A program made the position numbers and the translations under genes. From Malacoraja senta (taxonomy: Eukaryota), in contig CM075999.1 in assembly GCA_038087875.1 (NCBI GenBank), positions 2,606,001-2,670,000 of the forward strand: a DNA stretch of 64,000 nucleotides, given 5' to 3'. Below the pieces are notes generated by a model that worked only from the letters and a program-made list of their open reading frames with translations, did no database searches and was not told the DNA's origin. Shown piece after piece: positions 1-10,535 of this stretch (position 1 is its first letter; each line of letters begins with the position of its first letter).

Positions 1-410
1 ACCCCAGTGGTATGAACATTGACTTCTCTAACTTCATGTAACCCTTGCTTTCCCTCTCTCTCCATCCCCGCCCCCTTCCCAGTTCTCCCAACAGTCTTAC
101 TGTCTCCGACTACATGTTCTCTCTGTTTGCTTTGTTGTTACCTTCTCCCAGCTAACAATGATCTATTCTACATTTTCCTTGATCCCAACAAACAGGTAAC
201 AAGCTAACAATGGCCTGTTTCCTTTATCATCGTAACTTTTTTGCATATCTTTCATTCATTGTTCTTTATCTCTCCACATCACCGCCTATATCTCTCGTTT
301 CCCTTATCCCTAACTAGTCTGAAGAAGGGTCTCGACCCGAAACGTCACCCATTCCTTCTCTCCAGAGATGCTGCCTGTCCCGCTGAGTTACTCCAGCACT
401 TGGTGTCTAT
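1..410 (+). mobile_element. Penelope-like element 3' end (GIY-YIG C-terminal codons plus pLTR with hammerhead-like core)
   Basis: Starts with ...PSGMNIDFSNFM* codons like the PLE ORF ends at 53276-53340 and 60485-60563; CTGAAGAAGGGTCTCGACCCGAAACGTC at 319-346. Confidence 0.8.
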
Positions 411-817
411 CAAAGATCCTATATCGAAGCAAGATAGACCACTCCATCTAAATGCAATGGGCTGACGTGTAGTACGCAACGGAGCGGAACGTGGGCCTTT
501 TTTTAATCCATTTCAGTAACCCGACCCAACCCGACCCGACTCGCAGTGTAATCAACGTTGTGGGGGAACAGTTTGTGGTTAATAAATACAAATTCTGAAA
601 ATGAGAAGATTTTTCCCAAATAACTTTTATTTTTACGAGGATGTTTCCGTAACCGGCTTCCGTCTCCGCACTAGTATCTTTGCTCCGCTATGGGATCTTT
701 GGTGCGGAGACGGAAGCTGGTTACGGAAATGGGGCCGAAAATTATCCATGAATCTGCCCATGACCGTACTACGTCTTTTTCGTCGAGTGATCTATCTTGC
801 TCGCTATAGGATCTTTG
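411..817. mobile_element. Non-autonomous TIR DNA transposon (CAAAG termini; hAT- or P-like)
   Basis: ~34 bp imperfect TIRs (CAAAGATCCTATA...TATAGGATCTTTG); near-identical copy at 8450-8871 with an 8-bp TSD. Confidence 0.85.
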
Positions 818-824
818 ATAGGAC

Positions 825-1137
825 CATCTACAGATGTGCCATAGAAAGCATTTGACCAGGATGCATCACAGCTTGGTTTGGTAAACATCTCCATCCAAGA
901 CCGCAAGAAATTGCAGCGAATTGCGGATGCAGCCCAGACCCATCACGCAAACCAACCTCCCTTCCATCGACTCCATCTACACCTCACGCTGCCTCGGCAA
1001 GGCCAGCAGCATAATCAAGGACAAGTCGCACCCCGGCCACTCCCTCTTCTCCGCTCTCCCATCGGGCAAAAGGTACAGAAGTGTGAAAACGCACACACCT
1101 CCAGATTCAGGGACAGTTTCTTCTCAGCTGTTACCAG
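825..1137 (+). mobile_element. Rex1/Babar-like LINE ORF2 C-terminal fragment
   Basis: Encodes ...DRKKLQRI..TNLPSIDSIYTSRCLGKASSIIKDKSHPGHSLFSALPSGKRYRS; repeated many times in the window. Confidence 0.75.
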
Positions 1138-1262
1138 GCTTGCTATAGGATCTTTGGTGCCTATCACAGGTCTCTGGTCGTTGGTCGGATGCGGTAAGAG
1201 TCCACGAGGCGGCGATGAGGGGAAATAAATATGAAAGGAAGTTGAAAACAAACAAAGGCCGA

Positions 1263-1438
1263 TCACAAACTCCTGAATTTGCTGCCAAAAGCGAATGTCC
1301 TTGGTGTGTGAGACAGATTCTGTCCTTCTGACTGAGTGAACATTTCACTGCCCGCCCCACCACGTTTTTGTTTGCTCGGAGAATTGTTGATGTCTGATGG
1401 GTGTGATCGATGTAGGCGCTGCCTACTGAGCTGAAAAC
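1263..1438 (-). CDS. Candidate terminal coding exon of an unidentified host gene
   Basis: Good acceptor ttttcctttttccacttctgcag|G in unique sequence; one frame reads FQLSRQRLHRSHPSDINNSPSKQKRGGAGSEMFTQSEGQNLSHTPRTFAFGSKFRSL*; no homologue recognised. Confidence 0.3.
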
Positions 1439-1619
1439 CTGCAGAAGTGGAAAAAGGAAAATAGCTGTCATTGAATGTGTGACGGCTGTGTGCAGAATCC
1501 TGGAATTAATCCGCAGATCAACCGAATAAAAGCCAGCCAGCACTTCCCGCCCCCGAAATAAACAAACCCTCTGGTGACTGACCACATCTGCAGGTCTCTC
1601 ACTCACCCTAGACCATGTC

Positions 1620-2280
1620 AACATCATAAGTTCATAAGTGATAGGAGCAAAAATCAGACCATTCGGCCCATCAATTGTACTCCACCATTTAATCATGGCT
1701 GATCTATCTCCCCCTCCCATTCTCCTGCCTTCTCCCCATAACCCCTGACACCCGTACTAATCATAGACATAGAAACGTGGAAAATAGGTGCAGGAGTAGG
1801 CCATTCGGCCCTTCTAGCCAGCATTCAATGTGATCATGGCTAATCATCCAAAATCAGTATCCCCGTTCCTGCTTTTTCCCCATATCCCTTAATTCCGTTA
1901 GCCTCAAGAGCTAAATCTAACTCTTGCTTGAAAACATCCAGTGAATTGGCCTCCACTGCCTTCTGTGGCAGAGAATTCCACAGATTCACAACTCTCTGGG
2001 TGAAAACGTTTTTCCTCATCTAAGTCCCAAATGGCCTCCCCCTTATTCTTAAACTGGCCGACCCTACCAGTGAATACAAGCTCAATCCACCCATTTATTC
2101 ATCACAAGCCCAGTCGACCCATTCTTTCATCAAGGATCTATCTATCTCCACCTTCAAAATAGACAATAGACAATAGGTGCAGGAGTAGGCCATTCGGCCC
2201 TTCGAGCCAGCACCGCCATTCAATGTGATCATGGCTGATCATCCACAATCAGTACCCCGTTCCTGCCTTCTCCCCATGTT
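1620..2280 (-). mobile_element. Cluster of CR1/HER1-like LINE 3' fragments
   Basis: Recurrent ggccattcggccc/atcatggctgat 3'UTR, QRVVNLWNSLP-type coding remnant, (TTTCTATG)n and (CTATTGT)n tails. Confidence 0.8.
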
Positions 2281-2935
2281 TAAAATAGAGCACTAGAGTC
2301 ACAGTCACAGTTGGCGGTGCTGGCTCGAAGGGCCGAATGGCCTACTCCTGCACCTATTGTCTATTGTCTATCGTCTACTGGTCCAGATACAACTCCAGCT
2401 GCTGGGGAAGGTTCACATTTATTTTCCCTTTCGCATCTGTTTTATGATCATAAACCCATGTTCAAGTTTAGGAGGAGAATTAAGCCATTCGGCCCATCAA
2501 GTCTACTCCGCCATTCAATCACGGTGGATCTATCTTCCCCACCTCACCCCATTCTCCTGCCTTCCCCCCGTAACCCCTGACACCCGCAATGATCAAGCAG
2601 TTTCACTACAGCTCCCTCTGTATCACCCTCTCTCATCACATCTGGAGTTCAGCTGGTTCGTCTGCTTGGACAAGAGTCAAAGGAAGTCTGGAGCTGACAC
2701 AAGTATCGAAGTGACAATAATCGCAGAGAGTTTAATGTTATTTTTCTCGGTTTGGCTCTGCATGCTTCAGCTACTGCCAGTCTGGGTGCCTCATCAAACC
2801 TTGCAGCTGTTCCTCGGGGATAAGCAGCAGAAATTCAGCCGAGAAATTTGAAGTCCATTCAATTTTTGGAGGGTTTCTGCATCCACCTTTAATCGCTGAC
2901 CTTTCCTCCTTGAGTCAATAGACAATAGACAATAG

Positions 2936-3531
2936 TCAAGTCACATTTATTTATATAGCACATTTAAAAAACAACTCTCGTTGGCCAAAGTGCTTTACAT
3001 TTGTTATAAGAATAGCACAACAAAACAAACTACATACATATATACATGTAGCCCTCACTCAGAGGACGTCAGGAAAGGCTTGGGAGTATAGATAAGTCTT
3101 TAGTCTTGACTTAAAAGAGTTGATGGAGGGGGCAGTTCTGATGGGAAAGGGGATGCTGTTCCACAGTCTAGGAGCTGCAACCGCAAAGGCGCGGTCGCCC
3201 CTGAGCTTATGCCTAGACCGTGGGATATTCAGCAACCCCAAGTCGGCCGATCTGAGGGGCCTGGAGGTGGAGTGGTGGGTGAGAAGACTTTTTATGTAGG
3301 TGGGGGCAAGCCCATTGAGGGCTTTGTAGACATGGAGGAGGATCTTGAAGTTTATACGGAACCACACAGGGAGCCAGTGGAGAGAGGCCAGGATCGGGGT
3401 GATGTGGTCCCTTTTTCGGGTGCCCGTCAGGAGTCTTGCTGCGGCGTTTTGGACCAGTTGCAGGCAGGACAGGGAAGATTGGCTGATGCCAGTGTAAAGG
3501 GAGTTGCAGTAATCTAGGCGGGAGGAGATGA
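2936..3531 (-). mobile_element. L2 LINE 3' fragment
   Basis: ORF SRLDYCNSL..LQLVQNAAARLLTG.RKRDHITPILASLHWLPV..APRLWNSIP typical of L2 ORF2 end; flanked by ACAATAG duplication (2929-2935, 3532-3538). Confidence 0.9.
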
Positions 3532-4720
3532 ACAATAGGTGCAGGAGTAGGCCATTCGGCCCTTCAAGCCAGCACCGCCATTCAATGTGATCATGGCTGA
3601 TCATCCCCAATCAGTACCCCGTTCCTGCCTTCTCTCCATATCCCCTGACTCTGCTATTTTTAAGAGCCCTATCTAGCTCTCGCTTGAAAGCATCCAGAGA
3701 ACCTGCCTCCACCGCCCTCTGAGGCAGAGAATTCCACAGTCATAGAGTCCTACCGTGTGGAAACAGGCCCTACGGCCCAACTTGCCCACGCCGACCAACA
3801 TGCCCCATCTACACTGGTCCCACCCTGCCTGCGTTTAGGTCATATCCCTCTCAACCTGTCCTATCCATGTACAGTCCCACCGGCAACTGGTGGTCTGGCA
3901 ACTCCTTTAATCCAGACTAAATTATGAGAGCAAGCTTGAATCCCACCCCCCACAAGTGTATACTTGCTTGTATTCTCGTGTAGAATGATTTGATCGGATT
4001 ACATGCAAAGGCGAAAGTCTTCACTGTATCTCGGTACACGTGACGATAACTAACCAATATATCATGCAGGCAAAACAATTCATGAAATTACGCAAATATG
4101 ACCTAGTTTGTATGTAAAGTAGGTTAATTAGAAATTCATATTTCCATTTAACGCAGGCTTTGAGTCGGTCTTTGAAACTCAACGTGTGATAGCGTAGTGG
4201 CTGGCCAATTTCTCCACTGGAATTTGGTTCCATAGGTGTCAGCCGAACAGAATTTCAGGTCATAAAATACAGCGCGTGGGTGGTTTAGAGTTTGTGGCAA
4301 AGATGAATTTCCACCCAGTTTCCCAGAATTGGGTGTCAGGGGTTATGGGGAGAAGGCAGGAGAATGGGGTTGAGAGGGAAAGATAGATCAGCCATGATTG
4401 AATGGCAGTGCAGACTTGATGGGCTGAATGGCCTAATTCTGCTCCTATCACTTATGACCTTATGAATTTTGCCGATCGTCGCATGTATTCTGTGCTATTT
4501 GCTGGCCTATAGACAAACTACAGAGTGCGTGATGTATTCAAGAGAGAGTTAGATTTAGCTCTTGGGGCTAACGGAACCAAGGGATATGGGGAGAAAGCAG
4601 GAACGGGGTACTGATTTTGGATGATCAGCCCATGATCATATTGAATGGCAGTGTGGTCTAGAAGGGCCGAATGGCCTACTCCTACTCCTGCACCTGTTTT
4701 CTATGTTTCTAGGTTTCTAA

Positions 4721-4950
4721 GTCTGAAGAAGGGTCTCGACCCGAAACGTCACCTATCCATGTTCTCCAGAGATGCTGCCTGACCCACTGAGTTACTCCAG
4801 CACTCTGTGAAACGTCACCTATCCATGTTCTCCACAGATGCTGCCTGACCCGCTGAGTTACTCCAGCACTCTGTGAAACGTCACCTATCCATGTTCTCCA
4901 CAGATGCTGCCTGACCCGCTGAGTTACTCCAGCACTCTGTATCGTTTTGC
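4721..4950 (+). repeat. PLE-derived terminal repeat with three tandem 66-bp units
   Basis: Units start at 4743, 4809 and 4875; hammerhead-like core just upstream. Confidence 0.9.
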
Positions 4951-4997
4951 ACATTGTACCTTGTGTAGTTCCCCATAGGTGGATCTTTGGCCCCCCT

Positions 4998-5410
4998 CAG
5001 TCATGGCCGACCATGGGTGTCTCCAGGGTGCTATTCCCTATATGGAGGACGCCTGTGCGTGACTTTGTTTAACGTGGGGAGACTGGTGCACAGACAGCCA
5101 CCCCACGGTCCTTGACAGATCTGGGTCAGGATCCAGTGGCATGGAGTCCAAGACAACCGGAGACCCTTTTCTGCTGCAGCCTTCATCCACCTTCCCAGCC
5201 GTTGTGAAGCTCCACTAAGGTCAGCCATCGTCCTCCGCCTGTTCCACCGTTGAGGACTTGGTTGGATTGGCTCTTTGTCTGAGACCTCCCCCTCGACCTT
5301 ACCGCCATGGGTGGCCCTACCAGGAGCATAGCTCCAGACGGCATTGCTCTCAGGATCTCAGGTCCACGCAAGCTTCTCCACCACGACAAGGTGACAATCC
5401 GCGGAGGGGT
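4998..5410 (-). mobile_element. Short non-autonomous RTE-clade derivative (5'UTR plus 3' tail, no ORF)
   Basis: Minus strand begins ggattgtcaccttgtcgtggtggagaagcttgcg...gggccacccatggcggtaaggtc...agacaaagag, like Rex3/Expander/BovB 5' ends; ends ...ggtcggccatgactga, resembling RTE 3' tails. Confidence 0.6.
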
Positions 5411-6249
5411 GATCAGTGGTTATTTTGTAATGTCACACATCAAAACGGTTACCGCCTTCTCTAAAAAAAGTTAAAAACAAGATTGAAGCAGCCAATTAGC
5501 TCATCTGAACCACGATGAGTGTCCCAATACCTTCTTATCTACATGAAAGGCATTGGGTACAAGGACAGCATGGTGGCATTGCGGTAGAGATGCTGCCTCA
5601 CAGCGCCAGAGACCCGGGTTCAATCCATTTTCTAATGCAAACATATTTAAAATAGAGCCGTCGAGTCACAGAGTCACAGTTGGTGGTATCTCTAAACTTC
5701 ATCCCGATCTTCCAAGCTACCTTATTGTGGCCATTGGCCTTTTTTAATCTGCACTTTCTCTGTAACTGTAAGACTGTAACGCCACTATGTTCTGCACTGG
5801 CATGTTTCTCTTTGCACTACCTCTTGTACTCGAAGGGCCGGATGGCCTACTCCTGTACCTACTGTCTATTGTCTATTATACAGCATGGAAACAGGCCCTT
5901 CGGCCCAACTTGCCCAAGATGTCCCATTTACACTAGTCCCACCGGCCCCCGTTTGTCCCATATCCCTCTAAACCTGTCCTATCCATCAACCTGCCAATAT
6001 GCCTTTTAAAAGGAGTTAACTTGTTAATTTGTTAATAAATCTAAAAATTATGTCTCATTTATGAAGTTCCTCACAGCTATTGTAATGAAAGGGAAAACTT
6101 CCTATTCTCTATCCAATGTTCAGTTCAGTTTCAGTTTAGTTCATTGTCACGTGTACTGAGATACAGTGAAAAGCTTTTGTTGCGTGCTAACCAGTCAGCG
6201 GAAAGACAATACATGATTACAATCGATCCATTTAGTAAACAGTGTATAG

Positions 6250-6571
6250 ATTTAGTTTAGTTTAGTTTAGTTTTGAGATATGGCACACGGAAACAGGCCC
6301 TTCGGCCCACCGAGTCCGCGCTGACCAGTGATCTCCCCACACTAACATTATCCAACACACACTAGGAACATTTACATTTATACCAAGCCAATTAATCTAC
6401 AAACCTGCACGTCTTTGGAGTGCGGGAGGAAACTGAAGATCTCGGAGAAAACCCACGCAGGTCACTGGGAGAACGTACAAACTCCGTACAGACAGCACCC
6501 GTGGTCAGGATTGAACCCGTGTCTCTAACGCTGTGAGGCAGCAACTCTAACGCTGCGCCACCGTGCTGCCC
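6250..6571 (-). mobile_element. HE1-type V-SINE
   Basis: tRNA-like head with A/B boxes, V-core gggttttctcc..ggtttcctccc, CR1-like tail, (TAAAC)n end. Confidence 0.9.
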
Positions 6572-6574
6572 ACA

Positions 6575-6865
6575 ATAAATGATAAAGGAATAACGTTTAA
6601 TGCGATCACAGATAGTCTGTGGGGAAAGGTAGATAGTAGTTCAGGACCGCTCTCTGGTTGTGGTAGGATGGTTCTGTTGCCTGATAACAGCTGGGAAGAA
6701 ACTGTCCCTGAATCTGGAGGTGTGCGTTTTCACACTTCTGTAACTTTTACCCGATGGGAGAGGGGAGAAGAGGGAGTGGCCATGGTGCGACTGGTCCTTG
6801 ATTATGCTGCTGGCCTTGCTGAGGAAGCGTGAGGTGTAGATGGAGTCAATGGAAGGGAGGTTGGT
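6575..6865 (-). mobile_element. Rex1/Babar-like LINE 3' fragment
   Basis: NLPSIDSIYTSR..HSLFSPLPSGKSYRSVKTHTSRFRDSFFPAVIR. Confidence 0.75.
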
Positions 6866-7430
6866 TCCTGCGCAACTGTGGTCATTCAATGAGTCCAAGA
6901 ACGAAAGCGACGGATTCAAGACAGGACAATGGAGATGACTATGGATTTTGGAGTTTCCGTTGTAGCTGGGAAGAAACTGTCCCTGAAATAATGAATGTAG
7001 AAATGCACATTGCAGGTTCTGGGGCAGTATTGCAAAGTTGTGCTTCTTTGGTGTACTGTGTAAGACGGAGCTGCCGATGCTGGTTTACACTGAAAGCTGG
7101 AGTAGCTCAGCAGGTCAGGCAGTACCTCTGGAGAAAAGGAAAAGGTGACATTTCGGGTCGAGAACCTGCTTCAGAGCCATTCTGATGGAGGACCTCGACC
7201 CCCAACATCACCTTTTCCTTTCCTCCAGAGATACTGCATGACCCGCTGAGTTACTTCAGCTTTTTGTGTCTATCGGTGTAACTACCATATGTGAGGAGTT
7301 TCACATTGGAACACATTCATGGATAAATCTGTACACTAATATATCCACAAGGCTAGATTAGTGTATGGGGTCATGGGGAGAAGGTAGGAAAAATGGGGTT
7401 GAGCCGGAAAGATAGATCAGCCATGATTGA

Positions 7431-7792
7431 ATCTCTGCAGTTGTACAGAGCCCTAGTGAGACCACACCTGGAGTATTGTGTGCAGTTTTGGTCCCCTAAT
7501 TTGAGGAAGGACATTCTTGCTATTGAGGGAGTGCAGCGTAGGTTTACAAGGTTAATTCCCGGGATGGCGGGACTGTCATATGCTGAGAGAATGGAGCAGC
7601 TGGGCTTGTACACTCTGGAGTTTAGAAGGATGAGAGGGGATCTCATTGAAACATATTAGAGGCAGGAAACATGTTCCCAATGTTGGGGGAGTCCAGAACC
7701 AGGGGCCACAGTTTAAGAATAAGGAGTAAGCCATTTAGAACGGAGATGAGGAAACACTTTTTCTCACAGAGAGTGGTGAGTCTGTGGAATTC
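7431..7792 (+). mobile_element. CR1 LINE ORF2 fragment
   Basis: LYRALVRPHLEYCVQFWSP..IEGVQRRFTRLIPGM..RMRGDLIETY; ESRTRGHSL. Confidence 0.9.
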
Positions 7793-8449
7793 CTCAAAAT
7801 ATCCAGAACATGTTCCATTGAAATGTCACTTCCTGAAACAAAACCTTTGTGGGAAGAGGAAATTTGTGAATTGAAATTGTTTTGCATTTCAAAACTATGT
7901 TAAATCAACGTGTGGTACTTCAGCAATCTTCTCTCTCCATTGCGAAGCTAAATATAACCTTTAAGTTTGTTGAAGGGCCTGAGTGAAAAGAAAATATGAT
8001 TTTCTAATTAACCTAATTTGCTTGTACAAACTAGGTCATATTTGCATAATTTCATGAATGTTTACCTTTATTAACATAATGAATATTATCTTTGTATTTT
8101 CTGAATAAAAGTAACCAGCCTCCAATTATTAATGCAAACCTGTAGAAGTTTAAACCATAACATGGTGCTGGCTCCTTCCGTGATATTTTAAATAGCAAAG
8201 ACGTTATCTTCGAAAAGTCAGCACAGTTTAGCATCTTCCTCTCCAAATAAAATTAAGTCTTTTATCGGGATGCATCACAGCACGGTTTGGGAACAGCTCC
8301 ATCCTAGACCGCAAGAAATTGCAGCGAATTGTGGACGCAGCCCAGACCGTCGCACAGACCAAACCTCCCTTCCATTGACTCCATCTACACCTCACGCTGC
8401 CTCAGCAAGGCCAGCAGCATAATCCAGGACAAGTCGCACCCCTGGCCAC

Positions 8450-8871
8450 CAAAAGATCCTATAGCGGAGCAAGATAGACCACTCCTGCTAAATGCAATGG
8501 GCTGACGTGTAGTATGCAACGGAGCGGAACGTGGGCCTTTTTTTCATCCATTTTCCATAACCGGACCCGACCCGACCCGACCCGAACCGACTCGCAGTGT
8601 AATCAACGTTGCGGGGGGAACAGTTTGTGTTAATAAATTATAATTCTGAAAATGGGGAGAAGATTTTTACCAAAGAACTTTTATTTTTACGAGGATGTTT
8701 CCGTAACCGGCTTCCGTCTCCGCACTAGTATCTTTGCTCCGCTATGGGATCTTTGGTGCGGAGACGGAAGCCGGATACGTAAATGGGGCCGAAAATTACC
8801 CGTGAATCTGCCCATGACCGTACTACGTCTTTTTCGTCGAGTGGACTATCTTGCTTGCTATAGGATCTTTG
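8450..8871. mobile_element. Non-autonomous TIR DNA transposon (same family as 411-817)
   Basis: TIRs and perfect 8-bp TSD CTGGCCAC (8442-8449, 8872-8879). Confidence 0.9.
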
Positions 8872-9022
8872 CTGGCCACTCCCTCTTCCCTCCTCTCCCA
8901 TCGGGCAAAAGGTACAGAAATGTGAAAACGCACACACCTCCAGATTCAGGGACAGTTTCTTCCCAGCTGTTATCAGGCAACTGAATCATCCTACCACAGC
9001 TAAGCAGTCCTGAACTACTATC

Positions 9023-9994
9023 GAGGAGGAGGAGCCATCTTGGGGAACGGCTGCTAATCAGCAGCCGTCCGTTTATTTCACTTTTTTTTGCAGTTTTAGT
9101 GCGTCCTATGTACTGTCTGTGGGAGATATCGTCTTTTAATGTAGGGTGAAGGGGGTAACCTTATTTCTAGGTCCCTACCTGGTCGTTGAGGCAGCTTTTT
9201 CTCCGGGCTGCCCCCGTCGACCCGTCCTCGTGGCCTACCAGCGGGCATGGAGCGCCATTTCCTGGTGGGGACCGCCCAGCACCTCGGCTTCGGTGGCGGT
9301 ACAGCGCTGGAGCGCTATCGCGGAGCGGAGTGGGCGATGCCTTGCCTGGGTCGCCGCACTGGATCGACGCGCTGGAGCTCCGGTGAGCTGTGACCGCCAA
9401 CTTCGACACCTCCGGGCTGCGGGTCTGCGGAGAGGAGCGGGCGGCGCCAACTTAACGTCGGGAGCTTGGGAGCTCCAAACCGGCGCGGCCTTGTCGGCTT
9501 CGGAAGCCACGGACTCCGGTCAGGAATCGGCCGTTCCATGTGCCCAGCCGCTGTGAGGACTCTCCCGACGCCGGGGCAACTGCACCCGGTGAGAACGGCC
9601 AGGAACATCGGGCCTCCGTAGAGGCAATTGCGGAGGCCTCAACAGGCCTGACTATGGGAGAACTGGGGATGGGGACTGGACATTGTGCCTTCCCCCACAG
9701 TGGTAACCATTGTGGGGGGATGATTTTTGTGTGTAGTCTCTTTGTTAGTCTGTGTCCAAGATGGCGGTCGGAAGGGAGAGTGGACGCTGGCGCGGTTTAG
9801 CGGCCGCTGCTCTCTCTTCACATTGTGTTTCTGATTTTTTTAATGTCTTTGAATTGAATTCTGTCTTTAATTTGTGTATTGGTGATGTCTTTATAACTTA
9901 TTTTACTCCGATTTATGTTTCTTTGTATATTCTGTAAGGTGTCCTTGAGACTTTTGTATAGGCGCCCACAAATAAAATTTATTATTATTATTAT
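9023..9994 (+). mobile_element. GC/CpG-rich non-coding retroposon with L2-like 3' end and (ATT)n tail
   Basis: Interrupts the LINE 3'UTR (actactatc|...|tatctacctc); ends tgtaaggtgtccttgag..aggcgcccacaaataaa(att)n. Confidence 0.6.
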
Positions 9995-10220
9995 TATCTA
10001 CCTCGTTGGAGAGCCTCAGACTATCTTCGATTGGACTTTACTGGCTTGAACTTGCATAAACTTTATTCCCTTATCATGTACCTGTAACACTGTAAATGGC
10101 TCCAAGATAGACACAAAAGCTAGCGTAACTCAGTGTGACAGGCAGCATCTCTGAGAGAAGGATTGGGTGACGTTTTCAGGTTGAGACCTATGCTATATGA
10201 TTCTATGACTTTATAAACCT

Positions 10221-10535
10221 GGGGCAGCACGGTGGCGCAGCGGTAGAGTTGCCGCCTCCCAGCGCCAGAGACCTGGGATCGATCCTGACTACGGGTTGCT
10301 GTATGTATGGAATTTGTACGTTCTCCCCGTGACCTGCGTGGGTTTTCTCCAGGTGCTCTGGTTTCCTCCACACTCCAAGGATGTACAGGTTTGTAGATTA
10401 ATTGGCTTCGGTAAAATTGTAAAAATTGTCCCTAGTGTGTGTAGGATAGTGTTGGTGTACGGCAATCACTGGGCGGCACGGACTCGGTGGGCTGAAGGGC
10501 CTGTTTCAGTGCTCTATCTCTAAACTAAAACTAAA
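10221..10535 (+). mobile_element. HE1-type V-SINE
   Basis: Full head-core-tail structure. Confidence 0.9.

Noticed and set aside
4743..4940. CRISPR-like periodicity
   Set aside because: Head-to-tail units without unique spacers; eukaryotic PLE origin
9146..9608. Overlapping GC-rich ORFs or a host CpG-island promoter
   Set aside because: Open frames result from GC content; the segment is an insertion within a LINE 3'UTR
10221..10295. tRNA-like sequence with A/B boxes
   Set aside because: SINE head; no complete cloverleaf and continues into the V-core
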